From contig JBITNC010000001.1 of assembly GCA_050084985.1 (NCBI GenBank), positions 174,034,001 to 174,098,000 on the forward strand: a stretch of 64,000 bases of DNA, written 5' to 3'. The stretch is from Nageia nagi. Lineage: Eukaryota; Plantae; Pinophyta. Below are positions 1-12,671 of this stretch, in pieces. The notes under the pieces are model-generated. The model worked only from the letters and a program-made list of their open reading frames with translations, did no database searches and was not told the origin of the DNA. Within the stretch, counting starts at the first letter, position 1. Each line of letters opens with the position of its first letter. A program made the translations under genes and the position numbers.

Positions 1-1082
1 CTCACATATCGGGGCAGTTGATATGGTCCACGGTTGACCCATAAAGTTGAATATAGGAGTAATGTTGGTGATGTATGAAGAAGTCTCTGTGCTTCCTTAG
101 TGCATCCTTGGCCGAGTTTGAGATTTTGGTAATCGTGATTTCTCCCTTGAGCTCTTTGTAGATCTCATACTCCCATCCATCACTCTTCATCATGAAATTC
201 TCCCATCTTCTCTCAATCCTCCACTTAGGGTGGCATTTCCACAACGTACGTTGCCTTTTGAATCAGGTTTGCCTCCCCTAAGGCCGTAGGTTTGTACTTG
301 CCATGAAGCAACAAGTATATCAAATATGAGTTGAGATAGAATTTGTGTGTGGTCCCCAAAGATGACAACTGATTTGCAATGCTATTGCTCAACACCTTGC
401 TCCACTCAATCTTCTTTCCTCTGGCAATCTTCACAATGAAGTCGAAGAACTCCTTGAACTTAAATGCATCTTCCTTTCCAAGGATCGTCGACAACATTAG
501 GATCATCAACTCCACGGACACATAGAAGTGGGAACGAGAAGAATTGATGAGGGCATTCTCCTTCAGGCCGTGGTTTTCATCCAGCATCCAACTTCTAATT
601 GCCACGGCCGCCCTGTTGGTGTCCTGATAGCACGCCATTGACTCTACCTCAGTATATTCAAAACTACCTTTCGAGGTCCGTTGAAATGTTATCTTGATGG
701 CTTCGGGGTTGAAGTCCATGATGATGTTTCCCTTGATGTCATGGAGCACCCTTTCACTCTTCTTCCAATGCTAATCGACTTCTAAGCACAACTCTGGGAA
801 TGGAACTGTAAACGGGACGAAGGTACAATTTTAAAGCCCAGAGAAGAACACAATATGTTGTTTCAGCTCATTGATCGACATGTTTTTGGTCTTCTCCCTC
901 ATTTGCATGGGGTCTACCTTGTGCCAGTCTATGTCTCCGATTGTGGCCAGCCCATTTTTTGAGAACTTGGCCCCTTGGGTTAGGGACTTTTGCCTCTCGT
1001 ATATGGTGATGATGCAATCCTGCCTGATAGTCTCCAAATCTTGTGCAAATTCCTTAGCCGAACTGCTCTTGGAAGTGGTCAT
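1..1082 (-). pseudogene. Disrupted antisense accessory ORF of the LTR element (uncharacterised retroelement-associated protein)
   Basis: ORFs 831..1091 and 225..749 are in the same frame (two in-frame stops between them); 2..244 continues after a frameshift. Globular-looking motifs IEWSKVLSNSIANQL, KFYLNSYLIYLL, YSYIQLYG. No gag/pol motifs. Confidence 0.6.
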
Positions 1083-1193
1083 GATGCCCAAGTGAGTGAC
1101 AAAGGCTCTCCAAAGTGATGTGTTGGCTTTCTAGGGAGGCTGTGACTCCCATGTTGCCCCTCTTAGCATCTTGATGTCTTCCCAAGCTTGGCT

Positions 1194-1716
1194 CATGCTC
1201 CCAAAAGTAAAAAAATTGTCTTTTTGAGGCATGCGCCAGCCCCTCTGGTCTTGTTGGAGCTGGATTCGAGCTTTGAGACTCCATGCCTTACCCAAATTTT
1301 GCACTTCGATCCAATTGAGTGCATTCTTGCCCTTGGCACATGCTCTCAAAAGACAATTTTGTCTTTTTGAGGCATGTGCCAGTCTCTTGGGTGGGTGTGC
1401 TTCTATTATCTGTCTTCCAAACTCGCTCTAGCGGCCTCCTGGCTTAGGCCCATGCTCCCAAAAGTAAAAAGATTGTCTTTTTGGGGCATGTAGCAGCTTT
1501 GAAATGTCTCTTGCTAGCTCATTTCGACGTTTGTTCTATCCTGGGCACCTTTTGGAGCCTACGCATGTCCCTAAAAGACAAAATTTTGTCTTTTCGTGGC
1601 ATGTGTTGGGTCTAGAAGTGAGCCGGTTCAACTTTTCGAACTTGAACTCTAGATTGGGCATCCTCCTAGCCCAAGCACACATCCCAAAAAGACAAAATTT
1701 GTCTTCTTTGAGCATG
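1194..1716. repeat. Array of five ~40-bp palindromic repeats with non-identical spacers
   Basis: CATG-N-AAAAGACAAAATTTTGTCTTTT-N-CATG-like units at ~1194-1233, 1339-1376, 1451-1490, 1564-1603 and ~1678-1716. Perfect 22-bp palindrome at 1573-1594. Confidence 0.85.
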
Positions 1717-2129
1717 CGCCAGGCCTAGGAGTGGCCCAGACTCACTTGGCTTGGTTCAAACTCGACACAAGTTCCCCTGTTTCACCTAGATTTGACTTAG
1801 ATTTCTAGACTTAGCCCTTTTTGAGGATTATAGCTTTCATCATGACACGAGCAAGATTGCGTAGTTGAACACACTTTTGTGATGGGATAATAGACGTGGT
1901 TTATAGTTAGGCGAATACAGGGAGAGACAGTTCAAAACATGGCATCACATGAGTGTGAGTTGCGGAGGGTTGTGTAGGGCATAACACATTGCAGGGGATT
2001 CAAGATGATTGTCCACAGGTGGATAACAAATGGCTGGAGATGATTGAGTGGTGCCAAGAGAAAGAAGAAGAAGATGGGGTTGCATTGGGCATGGAAAGGT
2101 ACTGGCATGAGGAGAGGAGCAATGGGGAG

Positions 2130-2830
2130 CTCCCACACCCCACGTTGCACATCTTGGAGCGGGGATACTTGATGTGGAGCTTGGAAGGCCTCTTACACAC
2201 CACGTTGGAACTTGGGGAGGCTTGATGTTGCATGTTGAGCTTAGAGGACCTCCTGCACCTTATGTTGAGCCTTAAGAAGGCTAGATACTCCACGTTGGGC
2301 CTTGAGCAGGATTGCCACCTAATTTTGGACTTGAGGGAGCTTCTACACCTCATGTGGAGCACTGAGAAGGCTTGGAATTGGACACTGAGCCTAGAAGAGC
2401 TCTCTTGCATCCCATGTTGGACTCAGGAAGACTTCTACACCTCACATGGAAGGTTGAGGGATTCTTGTGCATGGTGGTGACCATGGAAGAGTTTGTGCAC
2501 TCCATGATGGGATTGATGAGGTTTGGGCACCCAACGATTGGGTTGATGAAGTGTTGGTTTCCCACATTGGGCTTGAGAAGGCTTGGGTACTTGGCAATGG
2601 GTTGGAAGGCAACTTGGCACCCCACGTTGGAGGATGGGGAAGTTTTGGATTTCAAATTTGCACTTGGGAGAGTTTGGGACCCTATGTTGAGCTTGGGGAG
2701 GGCTTGGCTTGAACTATGGGTTGGAAGGCAACTTGGCACCCGACGTTGGAGGATGGGGAAGTTTTGGATTTCAAATTTGCACTTGGGAGAGTTTGGGACC
2801 CCATGTTGAGCTTGGGGAGGGCCTGGCTTC
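2130..2830. repeat. Degenerate ~30-bp tandem array ending in a ~120-bp near-perfect duplication
   Basis: CACGTTGG/CATGTTGAG-like units recur at ~30-bp spacing; 2600-2710 is nearly identical to 2719-2830. Confidence 0.75.
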
Positions 2831-3159
2831 AACTATGGAGAAAAGGCTCCACCCATTTTTACTCACATATGATTTACTTGAGATGTTTGCAGGTACATTC
2901 TCCTGGAAACTTCCATATGCATGCACTCCCTTGATTTCTAAAGACAGCCATGTGGCACTTGATGAGGAGTGACAACAACAACATATCAGAATTTTTGCAT
3001 GCACTGTTGACATATGAGGATGCAGCTTCACCATTTCACATCGGACCTACATCATGGATGGGGCATATTGAAGTTACATTTCACAAGGCTGAAGGATTCT
3101 TAAAAGACAATATACATCCTACCATTGTTTGATGGCAAGCAATTCGAGAGGGGAGGCTT

Positions 3160-4340
3160 TGTGATGTTCCCCTTGCATTAATGTAGTTAATTAAGGAATC
3201 TAACATATTCCACCTTTGTATTATATATTGTTATTTAAATGTGCTTTTAGTTAGCACTTGGAATAGAAGACTTAATGGGTCATTGGACCCCACAGTGAGC
3301 CCCAAGTGGGACGCCTCCCTAACAAGTGTAGATTAGGTGTTTTAATGTACTTGGAGATCTCGATACATGAATGTGGGAATCTCAAGGTCTATTTAGCACT
3401 TAATGGATGGATGAGCACTTAATGGCCCCAACATTGAGATTGGGAGCACTTGTACACATGCACCAGCCTTGGGGAGACTTCTAGACGCCCACATTGGCCC
3501 ATGACACCTACGTTGCCCCCCTAGATGCCCACGCATGCCTCCTAGACCCACGCATGCATTCCTAGACCCATGTGGAGCATGAGGGAGGCCCAAATACCCA
3601 CGTTAGACCTATAATAACTCCTAGGTGCCAACGTTGGGGCATGAGGGGATTAGGTGATGACATTGAGGTGAGATCCAGATCCAGGAAAGCTATATTAGCC
3701 CTTGATGCCTTATTGTTGGATATACAGATTTATTATTATCACTCATACTGTCCAGAGGATAAAAGACTTATTGCAACGCTAAGCAAGACCCCTAGGTGTA
3801 ACATTTAGGAGGATTAGTAGGCTGAGGGATCCTGTTAGTCTATGGCTTTGGTGTAGCACCCTAGCCCATCTGGTGGTATTCCGAGGTTGAGCTTCTACTT
3901 GCTGTGGTTTCTAGAATTTGAGGAGGGCTCCTTCGGTGGAGAGGATTCAAATTCTGAGAGAGCAAGATTGTCCCACACATCATCCGTTCGTCCAACAATG
4001 AGAAACACACATTGTGCCCTAGTTGGCTCCTTGGAGGCAAACGTCAAGTCCTAGGGGATTGGTATTGTATCATTGATCATTTCTTATATTCTATATAGCC
4101 GTTGGGCACTTGGATCTCAATATTTATCTTGTTTATGCTTTCATATTGCAACGTTGTGGTATATTTACTCTTTCCTGTATATTGTAGCCAAATGTTGGCA
4201 TTGTGAGCTTGTGTATGTTGATATCTGCTAGTCTTGGCTAGTCATTGGCATTGTTGCATTATTGAGGTTTAATTTGGATGCCTTAGGTCAGATGTTGGAG
4301 CATACTTATTTGAATTTGATAAAATTATACTAAAATCACA
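3160..4340 (+). repeat. 3' LTR (~1.18 kb)
   Basis: TGTGAT...ATCACA termini, immediately after the PPT; TATA-like CCTATAATAA at ~3608. Confidence 0.6.
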
Positions 4341-4344
4341 TCTA

Positions 4345-6836
4345 GGCTTTTACAATGGCCCAAACTTGAAGAGGCTGGCAACCAAACCCTGCAAGTATGA
4401 TAAGGTGTGGGACCATCATCTTACTCCGGATGACATGAGACAAAAGAAATGTTAATATTAAATCTTAGTAAGAATGACATGGCACTTGAGGGTTAGTTTG
4501 GAAAATAGGGGATGGATGTAAAGTCTCCTTTAAGGAAAGATAGTTGGGCAGCTGATAGGCCTTTAGAAAAATTTCAGGTATTAGAGTCTTGGAGGGAAAT
4601 TCTTGAAGCAAAAATTGGAGTAACAAGCAAGGACCATATTCAATTAGGAAAAAGAGGAATTCAAAATGTGGAAGGATCATATACTCAATAATATCTTTGA
4701 CAAGTTGATTTGGGACATTAACTTCTTTGAAAATTATATATTACAGCTAGGACATATCATATTTGGAAGTTTGTTTGGGTGAGGGGAGGTCTACCGAAGG
4801 TTAAGACCTTAATGTGGTTAGTATTCCATAAAAGGATTCTTACATGGGTCAAACCTATAAGAAAATGATTTGAAGGTTATAATTGGTATATCTTGTGCAA
4901 GTAAAAGGAAGAATCAATTGATCACCTACTTGAGACATGTAAAATAAATTGGGAAGTCTGGTAGTGGCTTATGGGAACTTTATAATACAGATGGCAATAA
5001 ACAGGAATATTTTAGAATGAATCCAAAAACTCAAATGGAAATGTAAGGCAAAGGCTTGCAAAAGATCATCGAGATTCGAACCTGAATAATATGCTGGACA
5101 ATATGGTTAGAATGGAATCAGAGGATATTCACAAGAGAAGATAGATCAGTGAATTGGATGACTAAAATGATGGCCTATTTCTAATGAATTGTTTTTACTA
5201 AAAATTTCGAGCAAATTTGTATTATATTCAGATCTATAGTATGAAGTGTACAGTAATAGTACAAAGGTGACATCACAAGTTATGACATCCACCAAAGAGC
5301 TACAGTATTTGTGTAGGAGTTATACAGCAAATATGCAGCCAAAATGCCCTGATCATGATAGCATAATTATTGCAGTACATTGTAATGTACAAGTGTACCA
5401 TGGCGCTACAAGTTGGTATTATTTAGTAAAAGATGGTACAAAGTAAATGTGAGATGGTAGATAGTAAATAGTGAATATTACTTGGTGAATAGTAAATGGG
5501 AAATAGTGAATATAAATGTCATGAAAAGATTAGAGATATTTGAAATTTTTTTAGATTAGTGGTAAGTTCTAGAAAAATGTATCTTTAGAAAAAGATGATA
5601 TGATGTAAAGTGGTGACATGGCAAAAGATGGTGATAAGAAAGTCAAATATCATTAATATTTTAAGAAGTGGGAAAATAGATTTTTAGTAGAAGTGGAGAT
5701 ATTCATAGACAATATCCAAGATATTTGGAAATCTCTAGTATTTAAATGAACCTATAAATAGAGGAGCTTCATGGGCATGGAAGGCAAGTTGGTAAGCAAG
5801 AATTCAAGTGTTCATAGAGTCAAGTATACAAATAAGCAAGTAGTCCCTTGAGTACTATGAGTAAGAGTTTAGTGTCTTGTAAGTGTGTGGAGTCTTCGAG
5901 AATCATTGTAATATGTTCATGCTCTCTCATTTTGAAGTGGAGAGGGTTCAAAAGTCTATGTTCACATTCAAAAGGATCTCGATTGGAGTGGCTAAGTGGT
6001 AGTAGGTGTGTGGGATGCAGATTTTGATATGAGACCACATGGAGTGGCTAAGTGTTAGTAGGTGTGTAGGATGCAAATTTTGATAAGAGACCACATGAGT
6101 TGGTGTTCTTCATAATAGAATGAAGTCCATTACTATCATAGCTTAGCGAGAGTCTTCTATACATGTTGTTCTCATCTTCTTTGTAATATTGAAATATCTT
6201 CCCTTGTCTTTTGTTGAGTGTTTTAGCAAATTACTTTTAATTTTTATTTGTGAAAGTATATTGATGACTATGTTCTATAGAATCATAAAACCACTTATAA
6301 AAGTGGTGCATCGATATAAAAGATAACAAGAGGAGGGCCTGCTATTGTAATTATTCAAGAGTAATATAGTTGGAGCAAATACATCAAGTGGGAACTTGAT
6401 TCCAAATCAATTAGAAAAAAGCTCTGAACTAACTTCAATTTACACTCAACCAGAAATATGATGGTGGAAATTAAATTTTGATGGAGCTTCAAAGGGAATC
6501 GCAAAAAGGTAGGGCATAAGGAATATTCTGTAACAGTCAATGAGAAATTGTAGCTCAATTTGAGATAAAATTTGGTGTCCAAACATACAATGAGGTTTTG
6601 GCATTAACATCTTGAGAGGTCTGAAAATCTTTATACAGATGAGGATTCCAAAGATCTGGGCCGAGGATTCTTTGTTATTTTCAACAGACGATTCTGTTTT
6701 CTTACAAATGTTTCTTAATTGTTTAAATCTTTTTTGCACTTCAGGGTAGAGATGTCTTATACATCTTTCCTGATTTAGGAAGGTACAAAAGAGTGGGGGA
6801 TCCAAGGACAACCCTTTTAATTTCTTAAAAAAAAAA
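4345..6836 (+). mobile_element. Degenerate L1-type LINE, 3' part of ORF2 (zf-RVT and RNase H-like), interrupted by an LTR-like insertion
   Basis: WKIGDG (~4500); WKFVWVRGGLPKVKTLMWLVFHKRILT...LCK*KEESIDHLLETC (4764-4940); WTIWLEWNQRIF (~5095-5130); KLNFDGASKG (~6468-6497); A-run at ~6827-6836. Confidence 0.7.
5381..6328 (+). mobile_element. Probable solo LTR inserted in the LINE (boundaries uncertain)
   Basis: Non-coding block separating the LINE domains; TGTAAT...TAACA candidate ends; CCTATAAATAG at 5751; internal 56-bp tandem duplication 5985-6096. No convincing TSD. Confidence 0.4.
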
Positions 6837-7234
6837 GGACTGACATGGCACTCTACTCTACCCAGTGACGGTGAAGTCAGGCCTCACGATGAGGCACTCC
6901 AAGAGATGGAGTTAGTGATTAAAAAGTTCATCAAGATAAGCTAAGACAATATTTGATATATTATTCCAACTACACTACCATTGCGACCATCCTCATAATT
7001 ATAGAAACAACAAAACTAATGGATGATATAGACGTGTTTTACAAACTTATTGATCTATAAGTTGGTCTCCTCCAACAGGTTGATGTCAATGTGATAAAAA
7101 AGATGCTGCAGCCCAGATCTATGAACATCTCAACAGCTTAGTGACAAACGTTGGGATGAAGACAAGGTTGGAGAAACGAAAATGGACGCTGATTTATCAT
7201 AGGAACCCACACAGATCTAGTGCATTTTTTTTTA

Positions 7235-7492
7235 ATTTCAAAGGATATTTTAAATTTGAATGGTGTTATCTTGCCATGTGGCACTTTAGACAGTTAGAAA
7301 TGGTTATTTGAGTGTCTATGTTTAAAACTTCTTTATAAATTTTGGTTTCCCACATGTATTTTGATCATTTATTTGAATTTCAAAGAATATTTTAAATTTG
7401 AATGTTGTTATCTTGCGATGTGGCCTTTGTATGGTTAAAATATGTTTATATAACTGTCTATATTTAATTTTTTTTTAATAAATTTTGGTTTT
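7235..7492. repeat. ~140-bp imperfect tandem duplication
   Basis: AATTTCAAAG(G/A)ATATTTTAAATTTGAATG(G/T)TGTTATCTTGC... at ~7235 and ~7376. Confidence 0.7.
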
Positions 7493-8310
7493 TATTAAGT
7501 TTTAATGATAATCTTAAAATTTTAAGTAGCATGCATTGCAAAGGAATTTTAAGATACTCCCATTTAAATTTTACTTATCTTTCAAAATTCTTCAATTTCT
7601 TGTGTAGCTATTTAACATTAAGTTTTATATGCTTGAGAATTTGTTTTCTGTACTGTGTGGCTGATATTAGGAACTGTGTCTTACAAGGTTTTCTAGCTTT
7701 AATTTTCATGTTCACAAACTAACTCTGCTTTTACCATGTTGGAAACCATTGTATATGTAAACGTGAGAAATAATTATCAAGATCTTTTTCTCCTTCCGCA
7801 AGTTATATGAGCATTGCTATATATTTTATATATTTGCTTTTTATTTTTTTGAATTCTATGTTGTCTCTTTCCTAATTAAAAATAACTTTTCTTTTCTGCT
7901 TCAGTTATGGAATGTTTTGGAAGATAAAGTGCACAAAAGTTCTGCTTTGTTAAAATTTTAAATCTGAATGAAAAAAACGAGGTAAAAATTTAAACTTCTA
8001 TTTAAAGGAGAGGGTAATATACTTTCAAGTATGCTAAAATTTATTCACTCCACTCCATCTTTAACTTTCAGGGTAATGTGGAACTTGTCACATTATTCAT
8101 GCAGTCAATTAATGATTTCATAATTGGTAGCATGTTAGTGTATGTTAAAAAAATAAACCTGTACTCCTGTTGTTGTTCAGAAGTCAATGTCATGGTTATT
8201 TGTGTATCTTTGTGATCCTTATATATTTTTTTCTTGTTTTGGAAGTAGAAGTTTGTCAAGAAATTCTGCTATGCCTGACTAAATTGATGAACTTCAAAAT
8301 ATTTTTGCAG

Positions 8311-8406
8311 ACAGTAAGGACACGTGTAGTCAAGAAAAATATCAATCCAACTTGGGATGAAGAGTTAACACTTTCTGTCCAAGACCCTATACCGTCACTT
8401 CAATTA
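8311..8406 (+). CDS. CAR: C2-domain ABA-related (CAR)-like protein, internal 96-bp exon
   Basis: TTTTTGCAG acceptor; encodes TVRTRVVKKNINPTWDEELTLSVQDPIPSLQL; GTAAGC donor; phase 0/0. Matches the C2 motif KT.VV..N.NP.W.E.L of CAR/AGD-type proteins. Confidence 0.88.
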
Positions 8407-9369
8407 GTAAGCTCTTTATTTTCTTGGCTATATCGTCACATTAATCATGAAAAAGTAGAAAAAAAGACGTAGTTATTCAAGTTCTGCTCTTACCTTTCAT
8501 TTTGGAAATATGAACCCATGCTTATATATTGTCAAACATTTGCACATCCAATTTATAGTTTTACAATTTTGGATATTCTGTTTATTCTCATATTTTATAA
8601 CCTCTCGGAAAAATTCTTTCATCCTTGCAAATGCTAACGGTGAGGAAAGTCAATAGTTAGTTGGGTTTGCTGACATGAAAAAAATGTTTCAGAAAATGAT
8701 ACCTATAGGTTTCTTTGGATTAAGTTGTAATGAGCCTCAGTAATTGCAGCCAACGGCATGAAAATACTAGATGCCCCAATGATGAATGAGATGTGAGCAC
8801 AGAGATATTGATAAGCAATCCAACCTATAAAGGGGTTCATTCTAAATCTAGTAAAGATCTGATCGTTAATTGTGGAGAATAACCCAAATACTTCAATAAC
8901 TTTTTTAATTTTGGTCATTTATGTTTAACCTTTTCTACAAAATAGTGCCAAGATTTAAGTCCTAGGAAATGGGAGCACACAAACATCCATCATTATAAGA
9001 AATAGAATCTATAAAGTGGTGCCATCAAAAGCTATGAATTTGTTGAAGGCTTAACCTTGTGGGTGAGTGAAAAGAAATATTTTTTTGTATATGATGTTGT
9101 ACTTTGGTAATTTGTGTTCAATCTGTCCTAGGAAATAGTGATAAGATGGAACTCCTGTGTTTTTGCTCAAATTGTTTGCTGTAAATTGTAATGATGCTGG
9201 CCTATTGCAGTATATTCAGATGCATTAGAATCTGACTGTTGCAAGAGCAAGTTGTAATTTCAGCTTTATTGTGTAATATGCTAGTTATGAGCTATCTATC
9301 TATCTGTGTGTATAGACCTTGATTATGATTGGGGTAACTTATAGACAGTTACCTAGTAAATTCTGTTAA

Positions 9370-10580
9370 GTTTTCTAAGGTGATACCAGAACAGGTTGTT
9401 TCCTTTTTTATGGTTGGTATTATCCATGAAGATATGACAAATATCCAACGCCTAAGCATGATGAGATTGAGCCAGACAACTGTAGTAGCATTGGCTAGGA
9501 TATGCTATGAAATTTCAAGGTAGAATGATTGTGAAAATTGTTGAATTAGTAAGTTTAGGAAATGTGAGTATGATGCCAATTGTTTTCTTGTAGATTTAGT
9601 TATTTTTTTTAGCAAGTTTATTTTGCATAAACTCAATGTGAATTTGGAATCCAATTTTCTTCAATTCAAAAGACTGGAATAAGGTAACATCCAATCGTCT
9701 TCAATTCAAAATACCAGAATAAGGCAACATGGTAAGGTTTCTATGGTGATATCAGAAAAAATTGGTTTCCTTTTTGTGTTACATGAAGATGTGACAAATA
9801 TCTAAAGCTCCAGCATACTGAGATTGATCCTGGAAACTGTGATAGTGTTGGTTGTATAAGAGTCAGCCAACTATGAAATGTCAAGGGATAATGATTGTGA
9901 AAATTGTTGAATTATCAAGGACGGGGAATGCACATACAAGAAAATCAAGGAGCTCAAAGGAGGCTAGTTGATGAAATTTGTAACAGCAAAGGATATAAGC
10001 CTAATGTTATTCATGTGTACATTCATTATTAATAGAATTTGAATATATTGTGCTGAATCTGAAGCATCTTTATTAGAAGGCGAAGACTATCTTTACAAAA
10101 GTCTCAGAAGGTGCTAACTCATAAGAGCATTGATTAGTTGGCAAGTCATGATCAGTCAAAATCTTAGAGATAGATATTTCAATATCCAGTAAGCTCATAT
10201 GTCTGTGCAATGTACATTAGTTTCCAGTACCTACTATGTCACACATCATTACCTATGAATTAAGGAATGTCAAGGATAATGATTGTAAAGATTGTTGAAT
10301 TATTATGGATAGGGAATACAAATAGATGCAAATCAAGGAGCTACAAGGAAGCCAGTTGATGAAATTTGTGAAAGCAGTAATATAAAGGAAGTTATTAATG
10401 CATAAGTCTCATGATTAGTAGGTTGTGCAAAGTGGGATATGAAGGTAAAGATTATTGTTACACACAAGTCTCAGAAGGTGCTAACTCATAAATAGATGAT
10501 TCATGATCTGTTGAAGATATCCAGTGAGCTCATGGTTGAGTAATTAACATTAGTTTCCAATACCTGCCATTTCACACTTT
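9370..10580 (+). pseudogene. Degenerate ~370-bp tandem duplications containing P-type PPR-like relics
   Basis: Blocks repeat at ~9370/9735, 9880/10255 and 10096/10463. Translations RLVDEICNSKGYKPNVI (9961-10011) and LMISRLCKVG (~10408-10437). Confidence 0.45.
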
Positions 10581-11701
10581 TCCCAAAGCAATTCCTGCTC
10601 TTGCCAAATGACTCACAATCAAGGTGGTGGGATTCGAATCTATGGCACTCAGCCCAACCTATGGAATAGAAAGTGGATTGAAACAATTGAATAGTAAAAC
10701 TCACATGCAGGGGACAATGCAGAGCCCCTCTTGATTATTTAGGGAGGCGGGTACTCTTGCTAGCAAGCTTTCTAGCTTGAAATTGGCCTTTTCCCAATCA
10801 ATAATTAGTGCCTATCCCTATTTCTCGGTTAACCCTTGAAGTTGGCAGGGCGCTGTTCAGCTTGAACCCTGTCTGTCATTACAAGTTTATTGGGGAACTT
10901 GTCCCTTGCCCAACAATACCAAGTCCATAACCTGTCCATATCATTATTTGGTGCTTTTGGATCCAAATACGCCATGTGTCTTCAATGTTCTTCAAATTCT
11001 TCCCTTGTATAGAATCGCTCCCTTGTCTGAGAATAACTTGCCAAGAAGACATAAATCACTGATATTTAACTAGAACTATCACCAATGAAAATCTTTTAGT
11101 CCTTATGCTTATCAAGAGAAGAAAAGATAGAAGCAGTAGATACCATATTCTGTACAATGTGAAATGCTCTCATTCATAGGTGTGTGAGCATGTAATTCAT
11201 GAAAATAAGCAATGAATGCTTTAATAAAGACAGTTGTAGGTTGGTGTTTATGCTCAACCAAGGAGACAGAATGGATGTTACAAAAAATGTTATGATCAAT
11301 ACAAGTAGAGAACAGCACAGCCAACTATGACCAATACCAAACTACTCTATGACTACAAGTACATTAGATACGTCTGGGGCATGCGAATGCTATCATAACA
11401 CTTTCCACAATGCCTGTTGACACTAACTCTCAATCCTATAGTATGCCACATGCTCTAACATCTGTCCACCTTGAGACCTAAATACATTTTCTTATATAGC
11501 ATCCCACTATTAATGTGTGACAATTGAAGTAACTACCCTTGTAACTGAAAATTATGTAAATTCCCTTATAACTATGCTTATTTAACATTCCTCATGACTA
11601 CATTATTCATGGTTCGTATACTTGTCATGATATGAAACATATGATAGACAGTTGCACAATGTAGATGGATAAGGTGCATGGTGACGCAAGCAATGGACAT
11701 G

Positions 11702-12497
11702 TGTAACACCTCTCTCATCTAACCCATGAGAGGATCATTTTTTTTTAAACACAAATCAAATTACCATCATAATTAAATAAGCATGCCTATATCCAAACCA
11801 TATCGAGGAACTAATCCTATAGTTGCTGCAGTCAATGACCTGAGGCTTCACTAGTGATGGCTTCCTGAAGTGCCTAAACATAACTCACTCAGATTAATTT
11901 CATAACCATACTTATCCTGACTAGCATCCCAGTCTTATCAAACATAGCTTGCTTGGCTAAAGTTATAACTAATCGGTTTACCTTCAACTGGCTTCCCGTG
12001 CTTCACATCACATCACTTGTGTGCAAGTACCCATAGGCATCTGGCGATTGCAATGCTTAATGTGATCTTATGTGATCACTAAGTGAGCATTATTCCCAAT
12101 TGCCTATCATTACCCAGCAGGTCAACCATTACCCACCTAGATTGGGAATCTATATCAGTTTGAACCTGAAAGAGCTTTTGATAGGAACAACATGGTTTAC
12201 AAGGCTTTACATATATTAAGATGCTTAACTAAGGTTCAAATCATTAGATTAAACTTTAATCTACTTTTCAAAGATGACGTAACATCTTTTACAAACAGGG
12301 TGATTCACTGGCTCACCTCACAATTGATGTCTTTATTATTCATATTGCATTAATCTTCTTTAGCCTCAACAGCTAAGACTCTTGATTATTTGCCCATCCA
12401 GCAATAAAACCATACAAAGCATCATCATGCCATGAATACCAAGACAGCATGCAACAAAACAAAGCACCTAAGGGTCCTAGCGAATTGGGCCATTACA
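11702..12497 (-). mobile_element. Solo LTR (~796 bp)
   Basis: TGTAA...TTACA termini; flanks ACATG/GCGTG differ only by two G/A transitions (aged 5-bp TSD). Orientation is tentative. Confidence 0.55.
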
Positions 12498-12671
12498 GCG
12501 TGACAATGACCAAGATAATCCACACAGACGAACAAAGCCATGTGCATAAAAATGTCAAGGACATACATGTGCATGCAACCACCACCTAATACACTCTATT
12601 TTTGACTACCTTGTGTACTTTATAAAGGCATCAAGATGTCTTAATTTCTGAAAGCACATACCTTTATGAAG

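Larger units (their letters stand above)
1..4340 (+). mobile_element. 3' part of a large Ty3/gypsy-type LTR retrotransposon (accessory region, PPT and 3' LTR), probably within intron 1 of the CAR gene
   Basis: PPT GAGAGGGGAGG (~3146-3156) precedes TGTGATG at 3160. The context GGCAAGCAATTCGAGAGGGGAGGCTT resembles the PPT region of the element at 21810-21840. Candidate LTR end ATCACA at 4340. The 5' LTR and pol are outside the window. Confidence 0.65.

Noticed and set aside
1194-1716. CRISPR array
   Set aside because: Eukaryotic retroelement context, degenerate repeats, spacers of ~75-105 bp and no cas genes; kept only as a palindrome array.
1932-3034. Many overlapping ORFs (60-160 aa) on both strands
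   Set aside because: Explained by the stop-poor 30-bp repeat array; no recognisable domain.
8170-8472. 100-aa stand-alone ORF
   Set aside because: Only 8311-8406 is C2-like and bounded by splice sites; the rest is intron.
8700-9060. Minus-strand LINE RT remnant
   Set aside because: Only faint motif resemblance (SWHYFVEKV); too weak to call without a search.
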